Of a stretch of DNA of 64,000 bases, positions 1 through 13,347 are shown piece after piece (position 1 is the first letter of the stretch; each line of letters opens with the position of its first letter). This DNA is from Laetmonice hystrix. Lineage: Eukaryota. The stretch is taken from contig OZ249439.1 in assembly GCA_965235115.1 (NCBI GenBank), positions 13,454,001 to 13,518,000 on the forward strand, in the 5' to 3' direction. Below the pieces are notes generated by a model. The model was not told the origin of the DNA. It saw only the letters and a program-made list of their open reading frames with translations, and did no database searches. The position numbers and the translations under genes were made by a program.

Positions 1-2796
1 ATATCTCATTGCTCGGTTTTGAATAACATCACTAACGGTCTGCTTCTCAAAGCCCCATATCTCTGAGCTATAGTTGAGGACAGGTAACACACCAGTTTCA
101 AAAAGTTTAGTAAATGATTTGTAACCAAGATCTTTTAGTTGTTTTGTTTTTGCAATAAGCGCACCAAGCGCTCTTCCAGCTGCCTCAGATAATTCTTTAG
201 CAGAAACCTTAAAATCTAGGCGGTCATCAAAGGTAACACCTAAGTACCTGTAGTATGAAACAGTTTCAAGGCTGTTAACACCATATTTGAACTCGAAGTT
301 TGTCTTTTTTTGACCCCTTTTTCGGAAATGCACTACTTTCGTTTTACTCTCGTTTACTTTCATACTCCAGGTCTTACACCACTCAGATAGTTCATCTAGA
401 AGGTATTGCAGGTCCCTTTCACTTTCAGCCAACAGAACTATATCATCCGCATAGAGGAGTATTGAGACTTTGATGTCACCGATAGTTATCCCAATACCAG
501 TATTTTTAATATTAATAACCAAGTCATTTATAAAGATATTAAACAATGTCGTCGAAAGGACATCACCTTGTCTAACGCCGGATGTGCAACAAAACCATTC
601 AGTTCGATAGTTGTTCAGTCTAATGCTTGAAAGAGTGTGCGAATACATTGTTTTAATAGAATTATAAATCTTACCATCGATGTTATTCACCAAAAGCTTA
701 TAGAGAAGCAGATCTCTATTAATCCAATCGAAAGCCTTTTCATAGTCTACGAAAGCTACAAACGTTGGTAAGTTTTCACACTGTCTGTTTCTTATAACAG
801 AGGTCAATGCGTATAAGTGGTCCTGGCAAGATCTTTTCTTTCTGAATCCGTTTTGCTCGTCTGCGAACCATTCAAGGTCTTCCAAATAAGTGACAAGTCT
901 ATTATTTAAAACACTAGAGTAGGTTTTGTAAACACATGACAGCAGACTTATAGCTCTGTAATTCAATGGTATAAGAGGGTCTTTAGTAGACGATTTGGGA
1001 ATCGGAGCGATAATAGCCTTTAACCATAAGGTTGGAATTTTGGCATATGAGAAACACTTGTTAAAATACTTACACAGCAACGTTATGATACTAGGTTGTT
1101 TTATAACTTCATTTGGTATGCCATCTACACCAATGGCTTTTTTACACTTTAATCTATTGACAACTTTCTCAACCTCCTCAAAAGTTATATCAGAGTTAAT
1201 ATACTCGTTTTCGTTGAAATCCTGCGACCTCATAGACTCTTCTAGTTCAACTTTCCTGTGTATCGTTTCTGTATACATATCATTCTCTTCGTGTGGTTTA
1301 TTATACAGTGTAGCAAAGTCCTGATTCCATTTTTTAAGAACTTCGTCGACATTGGCAGTAACGTCATGCTCTCTATAGACTTTCATAGGTATCTCCTTTC
1401 TAGTTTTTGGACCCAAACGCTTGATTGATTTCCAGAACTCATTTGGATTAGTTGTTTCCACTACGTCTAGTTCTATGCAGAGTCCTCTATTGTATCTTCT
1501 CTCTGCTGTTCGCAGTCCCTTATCAAATTTACGTTGGCAGTCAATGAACATTAGATAATTTTGCTGTTTAACATGACTGGGGGCTTGTTTGTTTCTAGTA
1601 AAAACTCGCTCACTGTCCCTCATGGACTTCCACAGCTGAGTTAATTGATCATTCCAGAATGGTTTTAAATATTTGAATTTCTTTCTAACGACTCTGCTAC
1701 TGTTTTTTACATCTAAGTACCTGTCCATTTCTTTAAAGACTTTATCACAGAATAGATCGTAGCAGTTGTCTAGTTGTTGCTGCTCGTTTTCACAGAGCTC
1801 AAAGTGGGTAATCAACTGGTGCAGACATTTACGCCATATCTCAGTGTTCATAAATGCATCCGGAATGGCCTGTAGTTTATATTTTGGAGTTGACTCCTCA
1901 CCTTCATTGCATGTTGCATTGGTACCGACGTGCCTCAACATTGTTTCCGCAGAACTACATGTCATGTCTGCAACTAGGACTGAGTGATCAGACAACTTAC
2001 ATGACTCTGATAACATAGGAATGAGATTGAATCTTTCAATGTAATCATTTTTAGTAATGACCTCACATTTATAAAAGTACTTAAGTGCATCATGATTCAC
2101 TATCATATGGTCATTTACAGACTTTCCAATGTGTGACATGAATGTAAAGTTGTTATGTTCTGGAGTGATTCTTCCGGCCAGAGTACAACATTTGCTATCC
2201 TTAAGGAACTCTGCTAAGCTTTCACCATGGGAGTTCTTTTCGGTATCAATACAACATCTTTCTGGGATGCCATCTACATCTGGTATATAATCTAAGATTG
2301 AACCCAGTCTCGAATTTAAATCACCTGCTATAAAAACCATATCACAGTCTTCGTGAAAGTACATTTCAGAAAGTAGATGGGCATAGTACGATGGGGCGTC
2401 TCTCCCTCTCACGGAATTTTCAGGAGGCAGATAACACGAGTATAACATAAATGCAAAATCAGTGTGTTTATTTGTGAGTTTTATACCTAGGATACCTTCC
2501 ACAGATTTGTCAGATACAGTGTAGCTGAAATCAGCCAAGACAGAATCTTTGATTAGGATACCACACCCACCTGAACCAGTCCTAGCTCTCCTGTGAAGTG
2601 AATGTCTATTATGAGGTATCCACGTATAACCAGGGAGTTCTATAGTGCCATTCTCCCTAAAATGGGTCTCTGATAGACAAACAAAGTCTGCATTCAGCTG
2701 CTGTATCACAGACTCGCGTATTAACTTGTTTGATCGAGTCCAGCTTTGTACATTCCAAGACACAAATCTAAGTTGAGATGTCTGCCATTGACGATC
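1..2796 (-). CDS. LINE ORF2: APE endonuclease plus reverse transcriptase (3'-partial, 932 codons, no in-frame stop)
   Basis: I translated 2796 to 1 without meeting a stop. APE motifs: FVSWNV, LSETH, GSGGCGILI, CYLPP, GDLN (2325-2314), SDH. RT motifs: GVDGIPNE, NYRAISLLS, EQNGFR, FVDYEKAFD, GVRQGDVLS, LLYADD (YADD 453-442), YRYLGV. The ORF track lacks it because no stop lies inside the window. Confidence 0.95.
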
Positions 2797-3780
2797 CTAA
2801 TCTTGATCTGACGTGTCTTGTCTTGTGCTTCCCGACGGAATGCCTCCCACTGCTCCAGCCTCTGGGCCTAAACCTCGTGGTGGTCCCCCTGCTTCAGAGA
2901 CACCCCGTCCCGCACCTTGTGCTCGCCATTGCCCCCGACCACGGCCGCGGCCACGGCCGCCACCTCGCGACCGCTCACCTTCGTCAACACCGTCGGTATC
3001 GTCCCTTCTGACCATTCTACCAGTGGCGGTGAACTTGAACTTCTGCGCGAGGTCAAGCTCCTTGAGCAATGTCTTCATATTTAGTTCGAGTATTCTACCG
3101 TCGTGCGTTTTTGAGGATCTAATGAAAATATTAGAGAACTGTGGCTTTGTTTTCAACTTCTGTTTCTGTTTCAGGAGTTCCACTTTGGAATGTTCGTTGA
3201 TAAGCTCCACTTTCACAGGGCCAGGTGTACCGCCACACCGTTTCACTGCCACGATATCCAACCCAGGCAGCTCTAAACCACTTGAAACCAAGTTTTCGAC
3301 TGTGGCCAGTAGGCTACCGTTGGTTTCCCTCGCCGGTTGTACAATGTTGAACATAATTACAGTTCTTTCAGTGTCAAAGGCCTTGCCCTGTAGGTTAGCT
3401 TCCAATGTAGTAAGCCTATTGTTGATGCCGCCTATGTTCCTTGTAATCTCTGCCAGTTCCAGTTGAATGTCACTCTTCATTTTCGCAGATTTTGTCTCTA
3501 TCAATGACTTGAGTTCGTTCTGGTTGCTTGTTACTTTGGCTGATAGGTCTCCAATCTTGCTCTTGAACTGATTTTCAATCTTGCCCTCCAATGCTTTCAT
3601 TTGCTTTGAGAGCTCGGTTGTGAATGTTACCAGTAGGTCCGCTGGTGCTCGCTCACTGCCAGGTGAGCAGGTCATACTCTGGTCAGCCATGTTGGACTGG
3701 CCCGAAGCTGGATCCGTCTCCGTATGAGACTGACTTCTAGTACTCCTTTTACCCCCTCGACTGCTACTGGTTGCCATCAT
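2797..3780 (-). CDS. LINE ORF1 (327 aa): coiled coil, L1-type RRM-like domain and RGG-rich tail
   Basis: ATG-started ORF directly upstream of ORF2. It has a heptad-like region (LSKQMKALEGKIENQFKSKIGDLSAKV...), an RRM/CTD-like segment (TERTVIMFNI...PVKVEL...KVELLKQKQKLK...IFIRSSKT) and a C-terminal GRGRGRGRG stretch. Confidence 0.85.
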   Translation of the reverse strand: MMATSSSRGGKRSTRSQSHTETDPASGQSNMADQSMTCSPGSERAPADLLVTFTTELSKQMKALEGKIENQFKSKIGDLSAKVTSNQNELKSLIETKSAKMKSDIQLELAEITRNIGGINNRLTTLEANLQGKAFDTERTVIMFNIVQPARETNGSLLATVENLVSSGLELPGLDIVAVKRCGGTPGPVKVELINEHSKVELLKQKQKLKTKPQFSNIFIRSSKTHDGRILELNMKTLLKELDLAQKFKFTATGRMVRRDDTDGVDEGERSRGGGRGRGRGRGQWRAQGAGRGVSEAGGPPRGLGPEAGAVGGIPSGSTRQDTSDQD

Positions 3781-6700
3781 GCCTTATCTAGGGTGTTTCA
3801 TAAGGCTGTCCAACAAATTTTGGGCCCAAAATCCAAGTGAAAGCCAAGTGAAGTTTGATACTGTATTAGCAGTGTTAAGACGAACTGCCACCGAACTGAC
3901 CACGTGACCACATCTTTGACTAGGTCATAAATAATTCAAACAATGGAGCCTGGACGCATCCAGGAATGCCATGGATTAGGATATGTCATTACTGGCACAC
4001 ACCATCCATTTGTAACACTATCACGGGGCGACGTATACTGACAACAACTGTATGTGTGCCACCCCAGAAATACGTGCATGGGGTGACACCCTCAATCTCA
4101 GAGGGTCACAAAATTAAAACGACCAACGTCAGCTAAATAACTCTATATCACCGCTGTAGATGATCCACTATATTGAAATTACTAATTCTTTTTGTTTGTT
4201 CTCATTTCCCTTAAACATTTGATTTAATCAGTTATCAAGACGGCTATCGCAGGACGACAGTCACCGAGAGATGACAGGCTGTGTTTGTTGGCGATTTTTC
4301 TGGGGGCTATGATTCTCTGCAAAATCGCGATTTTAAACAAATTTACCGCCAACATAGCAGGTTTGGCGAGAAGCAACTTAAAAGACAAAGGAAGCGGGAT
4401 ATGTAAAACGATGACGGGGCAAGAAGCTGAGATATTGTGCCATTCACGGCCGTGGTCATCTCAGCACACAATGATTTAAACATGGTTTGATTGTAACGGG
4501 ATGGCTGCCCGCCAACAGTTCCTAAACTTACCAATAACAACTAGATTTCCCAATTTTACTTACACACTGAGCCTAGACATGGTCGACACCTGCTTCTTTA
4601 CTCAAGACTCATTTTACGTCAGAGCTTCTTGGGTATACCTCGACCTACCTGTGGCTTGAATCGATTAAACGTCATGAAGTCTAACCCTTCATCCGCGACG
4701 TTTGTTAACCCCTCTGTACCGTGTCCTCTAACAGCATAGTATACCCATAGATCAAGTACTACATGGTATATCTCTGCTACACTGATGACTTGATACCGTG
4801 TGTAAGATTTCAATATGTACGGACGTCTAACACACATCACTGAATCTGTCAATGACTGTCTGAGCGTATAGAAGGAGTCTTACTGTAACCAGCTGCCCCC
4901 TCCGGCAGCAGGCATGCATGTCAGGAATAATTCTGCTCACAGACTCAGACCGTCAGGTATTACTGCACATGGCAATCGGGGCAATGTCTTGTCTGATGTG
5001 TAATCATAGCATGATTTGTGATCAGTGATTTCTCATTATGGTCTTTTAGAAGAAAGGACAATAATGAAGGTATTCATGTGAGTTCTTATTGGGTGACATC
5101 GATGCTTTTTACACACATTAAAAATTATAACCATTGCGTTCAAATAACACAGGGTGCTTACATCATTCCAGACGACTTGGCTGTCAACCTAAAAACGGCT
5201 GCAAACACAGACGCTGTGAAAGTGTCGCCGTAAAGTGAACATTAGCAATTTTTGCTACAATCAAACAAATTTAATGGCCGGTTTTACATGATGTGTGTTA
5301 AGCAGAGAAGGTGGTTCCTGTACTACGTTCAGTGTTTAACCGACAAATCCAATGGAACCCAATGCACCAGATAAAAACACGCAATGTTTGATGATGACAT
5401 GTCACTATATAGTAACACAAGATGATAATGCACGGTATATGGACCACATTGGACGCTGATACACCCCGACTCGATCACATGTGTATGGAAGAAAGGAATT
5501 CTATATCTGCAGTCGAGCGCACGGAAATGTAATTGGTAAACCTAGGTTGGATTATCGAATTCCGGGTAGGGCTTAGGGTAGAACCCTCAGATTTGGGCTA
5601 ACAGACGCCAGGTTATTGGTGACCATATGCGTCCTGTGTCCTGCCGGAGTCTTCAGCTGATTTCATGTGCTCTGAATTCTCTCCTCACATGGCCATAATC
5701 TGCACAGGTATCCCTCATAAAATCCCACCCTGACCCATCTCTTTCACCTGACCGGGTAATGATACTAAGTGAGGGATTATTCTATTCGGCTGGCCCACTG
5801 GTGCCAGCTCTATTATCGACCGCTGTCTGAGCTGATGGGTCCTCCAGACCGACTGAATAGTCTCTCTCATAGAGCACCCACACAAGCCTTCTTCACTGCT
5901 GAATGATACCGGCCAAGTTCTCACAGCTGCTCAGAGATGACCATTTAAAGGATCCTACTCCATTTTTTAACCATCACATTTTTCTCCTGGTAAGTCTACT
6001 GAATTGTGCATGCCGCGGTAAATGAAATGTCATATCCTCTGTAATGCCTGGGATGCAATATGAGAACCTTGATTGGCCTGTCCCTGAGTGGAAGGTATAG
6101 AAGGCACACGGCAGCGTGATTGTTTCCCCCGGTAAGCCGGTACCACCGCAACGGTTGCCGGCCAATCAATCGGGCCGGCTCACAACCAATCAGCTTATTA
6201 CATGTCAGGCCAACTGGTCACCAAGCAGCCTACAGATATTCTGCTACCCGTAACACCCTGGGCTTTACTTCAACAAATACATACATTCTGCACTCCATAA
6301 AGGTTTCATAAAAAGCCAACCACAAAAATCATTGCTCTCATCTTTCAGTGGTAATTTCCTTCACATTGCTGCAGATAGTACAAAAAAAAGATATTTTCTT
6401 GCGACGTATTCCAGGTGTTCAATCCATAGACTACTTAAAGCGGGATTTCTGGTGTACTGATGTGCTATGTAGACTAAACATGTGCTCGCCTGGTGGTGCC
6501 ACCCGTGAGAGTCCAGCTAGTCTGCCCGTTCCCTATGTGAGAACCATATATTATGTACCTGTGGACGTCAGGGGTAATAATGGGCGCATCACGGCGGTCG
6601 GAATGGGTGCATTATGACTAACAACGTCAGTCCATGGCGTGGCTGGAACAATGAGAGCCTCGTGACTCCAGTTTCTGACTGAAGTCATGAACTTCTAGTG

Positions 6701-8813
6701 ACTGGACTGGGACTGTACAAAAAGAATGGCCAGGAAATGAGTACAAGACTTAGTGCCTCACGACCGAAGTCATGACCCATTACGACTGGCATTCAACGGA
6801 AGACATGTCCAACTGATGGGTACAGTAACACTGGAACAATGAGCTCCTTATGACTGCCATATCATGACTGGGATTGCATGAAAGAATAAGTGTGGTAACA
6901 CTGCGGCAATGAGCTGATCATTCTGGGAGTTCTGCCCACTGATCCAGCTAACCAACACGCTAGGACTTGGGCATGGAGTATAAAATGACGGACGTATAAC
7001 GTCCGTAACAATGAGGGTTTGTTTCCGTCAATTTGTGCCCAAACTCGCTCTATGCTGCTTCTTTCTTGCAGCTAATCTTCTATAATGGACGTTGTTTAAC
7101 GACCCCTTGAAGAGAGTAGCCACTCCAGGTCGGCCGTGTCCTTTATGGGTGGAGGGAACTATGAAATATTTCAGACTGGGACATGAACACAGACTCGGTG
7201 CTCTCAGACAGGCCGTATATTTCCCACCGTTTGCCCACAAATGCCAATAAGTTCTCTGAGTGTAATTAGCCAGTCGCTGGGATCAGAGGAAGGATAGAAA
7301 CACTCAGTTAACAACGGTTCACTACGATTAATGACTCCACGAGCTGCCATCAAACTCTAGTCGATCGATCCTGTTCGATGGCATTGTCTCTTAAAGAAGA
7401 ATAAAGTTATCATTCCATGCTTTTAATCAATACATCATACTTTGCGACACCTTTAGGTACAAATTTGGGCATCTTGACTGTCAGGGATCTACAATTTTAC
7501 GGACATTGTGTAAAATATACACCAAGCTCATTATACCTCTAAGCTGTCCATTATATGCCAACCACATAATTATTATGAATTATGACCGATAAATCCGATT
7601 TCTTCAGACCAGAAAAACTGGAGCAGAGTTGTTGGGAGAGCCTCTGCTGGGAGCGGAGCGGTTAGCCCTGTCTGTCCCAATAATCTATCTGCCTTTACGG
7701 CGCCTGTTCTAGGAGAATATATGAAAGAGGCCATAAAGTGGAGCAGGAGAGTGGGATCATGGAACACCTCATCCTGATGACACCTTGCATCACGGCCTTA
7801 TCGCCACAACACGGCTATATACAACGTGTCCCCTTGTCATCGGACGCTCTCACACCTTCTTTACCCATTAATATTTCCTGCTAGTCGGCCATAATTGCAC
7901 ACGCTTCCCGCATTTTTCATCCTTCCACTATGCTTACTGTTTAAGGAGGCACCTAATTGTAGTAATTTGTTGTTTTACATAGAAGAACATTCAGCTGTTC
8001 TTTTCGGTATAGGTCGTCATGAAGTGGTCGGAAGCCATGATTAGGGACATCACACCACCTCACGGTTGGGTTCCTTGCTTCATACACTCGGACACTGTGG
8101 ACCGGGGGGTGGGGAGGGGTTAGTAGAAGATCGATCAACACCGTATCCCAACTCAGAGATGGTCTGACGTCACAAAATGACGTCTGACGTCACGGATTAC
8201 ACGGAGAGTTTGACACGTCACACACACATTCACATTAAAGGGCCAGACGTCACAGACCGTTCGCCGTGCTCAGAAATCGCTGCATAATGCTGTCAATCAT
8301 AATGATGTCAATTATAAAAACTGTTCACCCAACGGAAAGGTTTTAATTTGAACCTGATGTGTGCAGGATCTATTTCAATAATTTCTTGTTATCTTCCAAA
8401 TTATTTCGGTTCAGGAGTCCCCTTTTTCGTGACTTTGTGTGTGTGTGTGTTGAATGGGGGTAAAAGGTGGCGGAAGTGACATCCTGGCGTTCTGTTTCAA
8501 TCACGCAGCGTTTTGTCTCTGTCTCACAGGTGACATTTCAAACGGAGTTAATCTTACATAATCTTATGTTCCTGAAACTAATATAAGCATTTACACCGCT
8601 TTATTGTTCAGCAGTATGTGATCACTATTTTTCAGTGACACGATCTGTTTCCCAGGAGCGACCAGTTGGAGGAAACCGTTTAAAAACCACACATAGGGTA
8701 TCATATGGCCTCATGTGCCACACCTGGGGGAAGGAAAAGCTTTGGGCGTAATCGCCAGCTTAAACTGAAAATAAAATCTGGTAGGGCCTACAAGGTCACC
8801 ACCTCTGAAGGTC

Positions 8814-9040
8814 AGGCCGACCCTAGAAAATTGTTTGTTCCGAAGAATCTGGCAGTATGAAATTTTGTTTGAACGTCTTCCATTAAGACACTCAAAGACA
8901 GCCATATGTCGCTATTTCGATTTTTCATGCGTGATCTCTTCCAGCAGGGGGATTTTTTTTCGAAAGAAAATTTCCTCCCTGACTCATCAGAAAGTCAACA
9001 AGAAAATTCTTCGGAACAAACAATTTTTGAAGGCCGGCCT
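8814..9040. mobile_element. MITE-like element, 227 bp, with 35-bp terminal inverted repeats
   Basis: Left end AGGCCGACCCTAGAAAATTGTTTGTTCCGAAGAAT versus reverse complement of right end AGGCCGGCCTTCAAAAATTGTTTGTTCCGAAGAAT (4 mismatches). No coding capacity and no clear TSD. Confidence 0.7.
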
Positions 9041-11591
9041 CACTAACGCCAGAGCTATGGAGACATGATTGGGAGCCTTGTGGGGTCAGCCAGGTACACC
9101 GCGTGGTCAGACCCATGGCTGGGTGGTCACTGGGTGAGTCAGGCCACACAAGCACACTTATGTCCAACCTCTGTATGTCCAACCTCCGGGTAACCGGTCA
9201 CACAGTGGGTCACATTTAGGTGCAGGGAAGGCCGTCAGCAAGGGTACTTTAACAATACCCCGTTTGTGCTAACACTCCGGGGACAAAGCCAACTTGAAAG
9301 GAGCCGCCCATAGCACACACCCTTTTGCCATTTAGCCCTGACAGCTGAACCCTTCCCGGCCACCTAGAACAGACTCCATGCAGTCTACAGTGGTTGAGTC
9401 CTGCAGTGGTTGAGGTGACACAGGAGGGCGGCACGTCTAGCAACTTCACTTCCAGGTCTCACAGACAACGAATTCGATAAAGCAGCTACATGAGTCTAAA
9501 TGGCCGGTAATATCAAACAAGAACGCCCCTCTGCTTCTACGTTCAAAGTGGAGGCGGACGCAGACATTGCCCTCTACAATGTGGCAGATTGCCTCAATGC
9601 CACAGAATCCTACAGAGGGAGCCACTGGCGGGAGTCACGTGACACTCGGTTGCGTAATATTGGGGATGTGTGACGTGGAACAAGTGCCGAGCGACTTGTA
9701 ATTGTCAGATTAATTTAAGAAGGTAATCGTCTCCCCCTGACCGGCTCCCCTCCTTGAGATTGAAGTCGCCACCAATTACATCTGCAACTGTCGTACTGGT
9801 TTATCATGGCGGCATTGGCAATCTCAGACCCTCAGCAGCTTTATCCCACCCACATCGACATATCACCTACCTCTAATACCCCCAACTGATGGCCTTTTGA
9901 ATTGTAAATAGCTGATGTGAAATTCTCTCCTCGCTCCGTGTCATCATCCCTGAGCGGCCGGCTGAGGTAGGACAACATTCATCCTGACGTCAAACAAAGC
10001 TTTCACTTCCAAGCCAAAAATAATAACTAGAGTCTCTCCTCTTCCTCAGGGCAATGAGTGTTGTTGAAGAAAACAGCTGGGAACGGGTGTCTGGTCGGTG
10101 GGTGAGGAGGTGGGGGTAAGTTGAGGGCCAGTAGCAGGATAAGGAGCCTACACAAGGTAGCAGTGATGGTATGAGGTCTGGGGTGGGGGTGGGTCCTGCA
10201 GTCTCTCAACATGTAACAAGCCAGGATCCAAACAGGATCCAGACAGTGGGCGGCGGGCCGGGGTGGGGCTGGAAGCGCTACACTGGAGAGAAAGCAGTAG
10301 GATTCCAATGGGAGGCCACGGTCTCAATGCCTGCCTCATCGGCTTGGTTCCCAGACCGGCGGCCTTATTTAACTCCACCAGGCAATGGTAGACAGTGCCA
10401 ACCTTTCTACCTAAGCGCTTTCCTTGACTCTCACCTCACCTTGAACCCTCCCCCCGTGGCGATCTATCTTTTCTGCCATAAGAACTGGTCATTTAGTCTA
10501 CCCGGGAGGGGTTGGAGGGGTGGGGCGGTCACCTGGACCTCTCAAGACCAGGCTGACCATGTGCTTTACGTGATATATATGTCAGGCTCTAAACGTCAGT
10601 ATATATGGCAAACAGCACGCAGCAGAACGCGCACAATATAGAAACACTGCACTGTGCATGTATGAGGAGACGTCATACAGATCTCCCAAACGCACCAAGA
10701 TCTCAAGAAGCCATGGTCATCTCGGTGCCCCCCACCCGGCTGTTGAATCCCAAGTCCAGCTGGGAAAGCCTAGGTGTGCGCTGATGTAGACACACAACAC
10801 CGCCATGGTCTCGCAATTATACCCGACACGTTTTATTGGTCACGTGCTCCTGTGCTGAGATTACCAATTAAGAACAATAGATCAAGAATGATCCTGCCTA
10901 CTAAAACAATTCTCAAACAAAATCCTTTAAAAAAATTTCTTCCGTTCAACATGCTCAAACATGTTGTTTACAATCCACTCAATAATAATTGACCATGATT
11001 GAGGCCCGTTAGAGATAGCACAAATCAGTGAACAGTCACGTCCTTCACGAATTGTCAACATGAACCAAGTCACCAAGTTCTGATCAGAACTCTGCTGACA
11101 CGTGAAGCATCATCATTTTACAAAGGTGGAATTTTCGACATGGTTTCTCAACTGTAAACTTCTGCAGCACACACACATCTTAGTAATTGTGTTCTTAGTG
11201 AAGAAGAAAGTCACGGTAAGCTTGATTTACTTTTCAGGTTTGCCAAGATGAGGCTGCGTATGAGGGATGCGTGGATGCCATCAGATCAGGCGGTTTATTT
11301 GGGCATCGTTTTTCAACACGCATTGTTGCGTGCTTCTTGCTATCGGAAAAGTCCTGGCTTCATCAGACCGGGGGGGCCTGGGGGTGGGGGTGCTGGGGGG
11401 GGGGGCTGATCGTCCCCCACCTCCTCCCGCCCTCCACCCTCCAGGTTTATCCAACATGCCCACCATCTCGGCCACCTTCCGGCAGGATTATCTTGGCAGC
11501 CATCCCGGTACCACCCACGGCTTCTGACGGAGCGGCTGGGGGTTTGTCCCGCCTACCGGCCCCACCCGGCCCGGCCCGGCCCCAGCCCAGC

Positions 11592-11807
11592 NNNNNNNNN
11601 NNNNNNNNNNNNNNNNNNNNNNNNNNNNNNNNNNNNNNNNNNNNNNNNNNNNNNNNNNNNNNNNNNNNNNNNNNNNNNNNNNNNNNNNNNNNNNNNNNNN
11701 NNNNNNNNNNNNNNNNNNNNNNNNNNNNNNNNNNNNNNNNNNNNNNNNNNNNNNNNNNNNNNNNNNNNNNNNNNNNNNNNNNNNNNNNNNNNNNNNNNNN
11801 NNNNNNN
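11592..11807. other. Assembly gap (216 N) flanked by GC-rich CCCGG/CCCAG pentamer repeats
   Basis: Run of N; the left flank ends ...cccggcccggcccagcccagc. Confidence 0.95.
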
Positions 11808-13347
11808 GCCCGGCTGCAAATACGGACCAATGTCTCTATACATACAGGAAAGTCTGCACGCCGGGACTAAATACTTTACAAGTCTCCAGGCTAGACTGAA
11901 TTCTTTACATAGGGACTAAAATCTCCACAGGCAGACTCTAAGTCTCCAAGCATAGAGTAGTAATTTAATATATATGCACGGGCCAAGACTCGACAAAGGG
12001 ACTGAAGTCTCCATCTACATACAGACCGGCCACGGCCTCATCATTGTTAACTACCTTCTGGTGGTCACAGTCATCTAGGGTCACTGCTAGATGTCAACAG
12101 GGCTCACAAAGTAGGCGCAATAGACAGGTGCTTGTCTCTCCAGTTTACTTCTATGCCATTTATTCCGTACTTTTTTCATAGGATCCACACAGAAGAAGAT
12201 TGTGTTTAATCCGCGAGTTGCATCCTCTGTCTGAAACCATACATGTTTTAACACAGTAGTCGGACACATCGCTTGAAACGCTCTGCAGTTACTCGTTTAA
12301 TTTCTAATTTTGTACAGCACTCATCCCTCTTCACCCACCCATTCGAAAGTGAAATACTTTTTACTACGAATGCAAGCTACAGTACATGGATGAACCGTCC
12401 GATAAACTTAATTATAGGATTTCCTTGGACTGTAATTTTGGGCGGCCAATTTCTGTATATCACAGTAAATTGCTGTTTTCAGCTTTACACAGATCATTAA
12501 ATTTGTCCATTAAATCTCTGGCAGTGCCTGTAGCAACTGTAAGACTTCGTGTAAATAAAGCTCTCTTCCACTTATTATGGAAATGGCAAATGGTGACTAC
12601 ACATCGTCAGTACAGTCACACTGGCTCATTAGAACCTCTTCAGAGCGGAAACCTGCCGTGAAAAACTAAACCCAAGCTCTCCATGTTGATGTCACGAGTA
12701 AGAACCAACTCCTGCCTTCTGTGTAGAAATTGTGGGCACAGCATCAACCTGACCGATTTATCACTGAATATAAAGCAGGAACGCATATCCTTATTGGCTG
12801 ATTGGTAAAAATCTCAGGCTGCCGAAAACTGGGCACGTTTGCTCACTTTGTGGCCATACACTCGATTGAGACAGTGGCCGTTTTAGCCGATCTGTCTGCT
12901 GTCACACCATCTGGGCCGGGTCCCTGTTAGTAATACTGTCGGTTACATCGCCACCATTCGTCGTGTAGACGATTCACACCCAAGCTTTCCACTTTACCTG
13001 CATACCAATTACCTACAACATGTTAATTTGATCAGGCGCCAAGAGACGAGTCACAACTTCATCCTATAATACGAGAAAAAGTTCCTCACTCCCTCATCTT
13101 TTAATTCTTCGCAGGTTCTTCATTATAATTCCACTCACATACTAGTATTATGAAGATGTTATTTCTAACAAAACGGGTGACGTTTCCAGACAGTCACAAT
13201 TATGTTTTTATAGCTTACCAGTAAAATATAGGCAACACCTCCGTTAATGAGGCGCCGCGATGCAAGAACACTAACCTGGAAGTGGGGTAAATCCCAACCA
13301 ACACTGAGATAAAAGTTCATATAGGGGAGTGAATCCCAATCAACCCA

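Larger units (their letters stand above)
1..3930 (-). mobile_element. Non-LTR retrotransposon (LINE), RTE-X-like: 5'UTR, ORF1 and APE-RT ORF2; 3' part runs off the window
   Basis: Manual minus-strand translation gives ORF1 (3780-2797) followed in the same frame by an APE endonuclease and reverse transcriptase. The 5' boundary near 3900-3930 is approximate. The clade call rests on recalled motif style (e.g. EQNGFR..RSC.DH, PVLNYSSEIWG) and needs a phylogeny. Confidence 0.9.

Noticed and set aside
2813-3466. 217-aa plus-strand ORF, plus ORFs 995-1324, 1766-1987 and 2778-3011
   Set aside because: Antisense shadows of the LINE ORF1 and ORF2 with no independent motifs.
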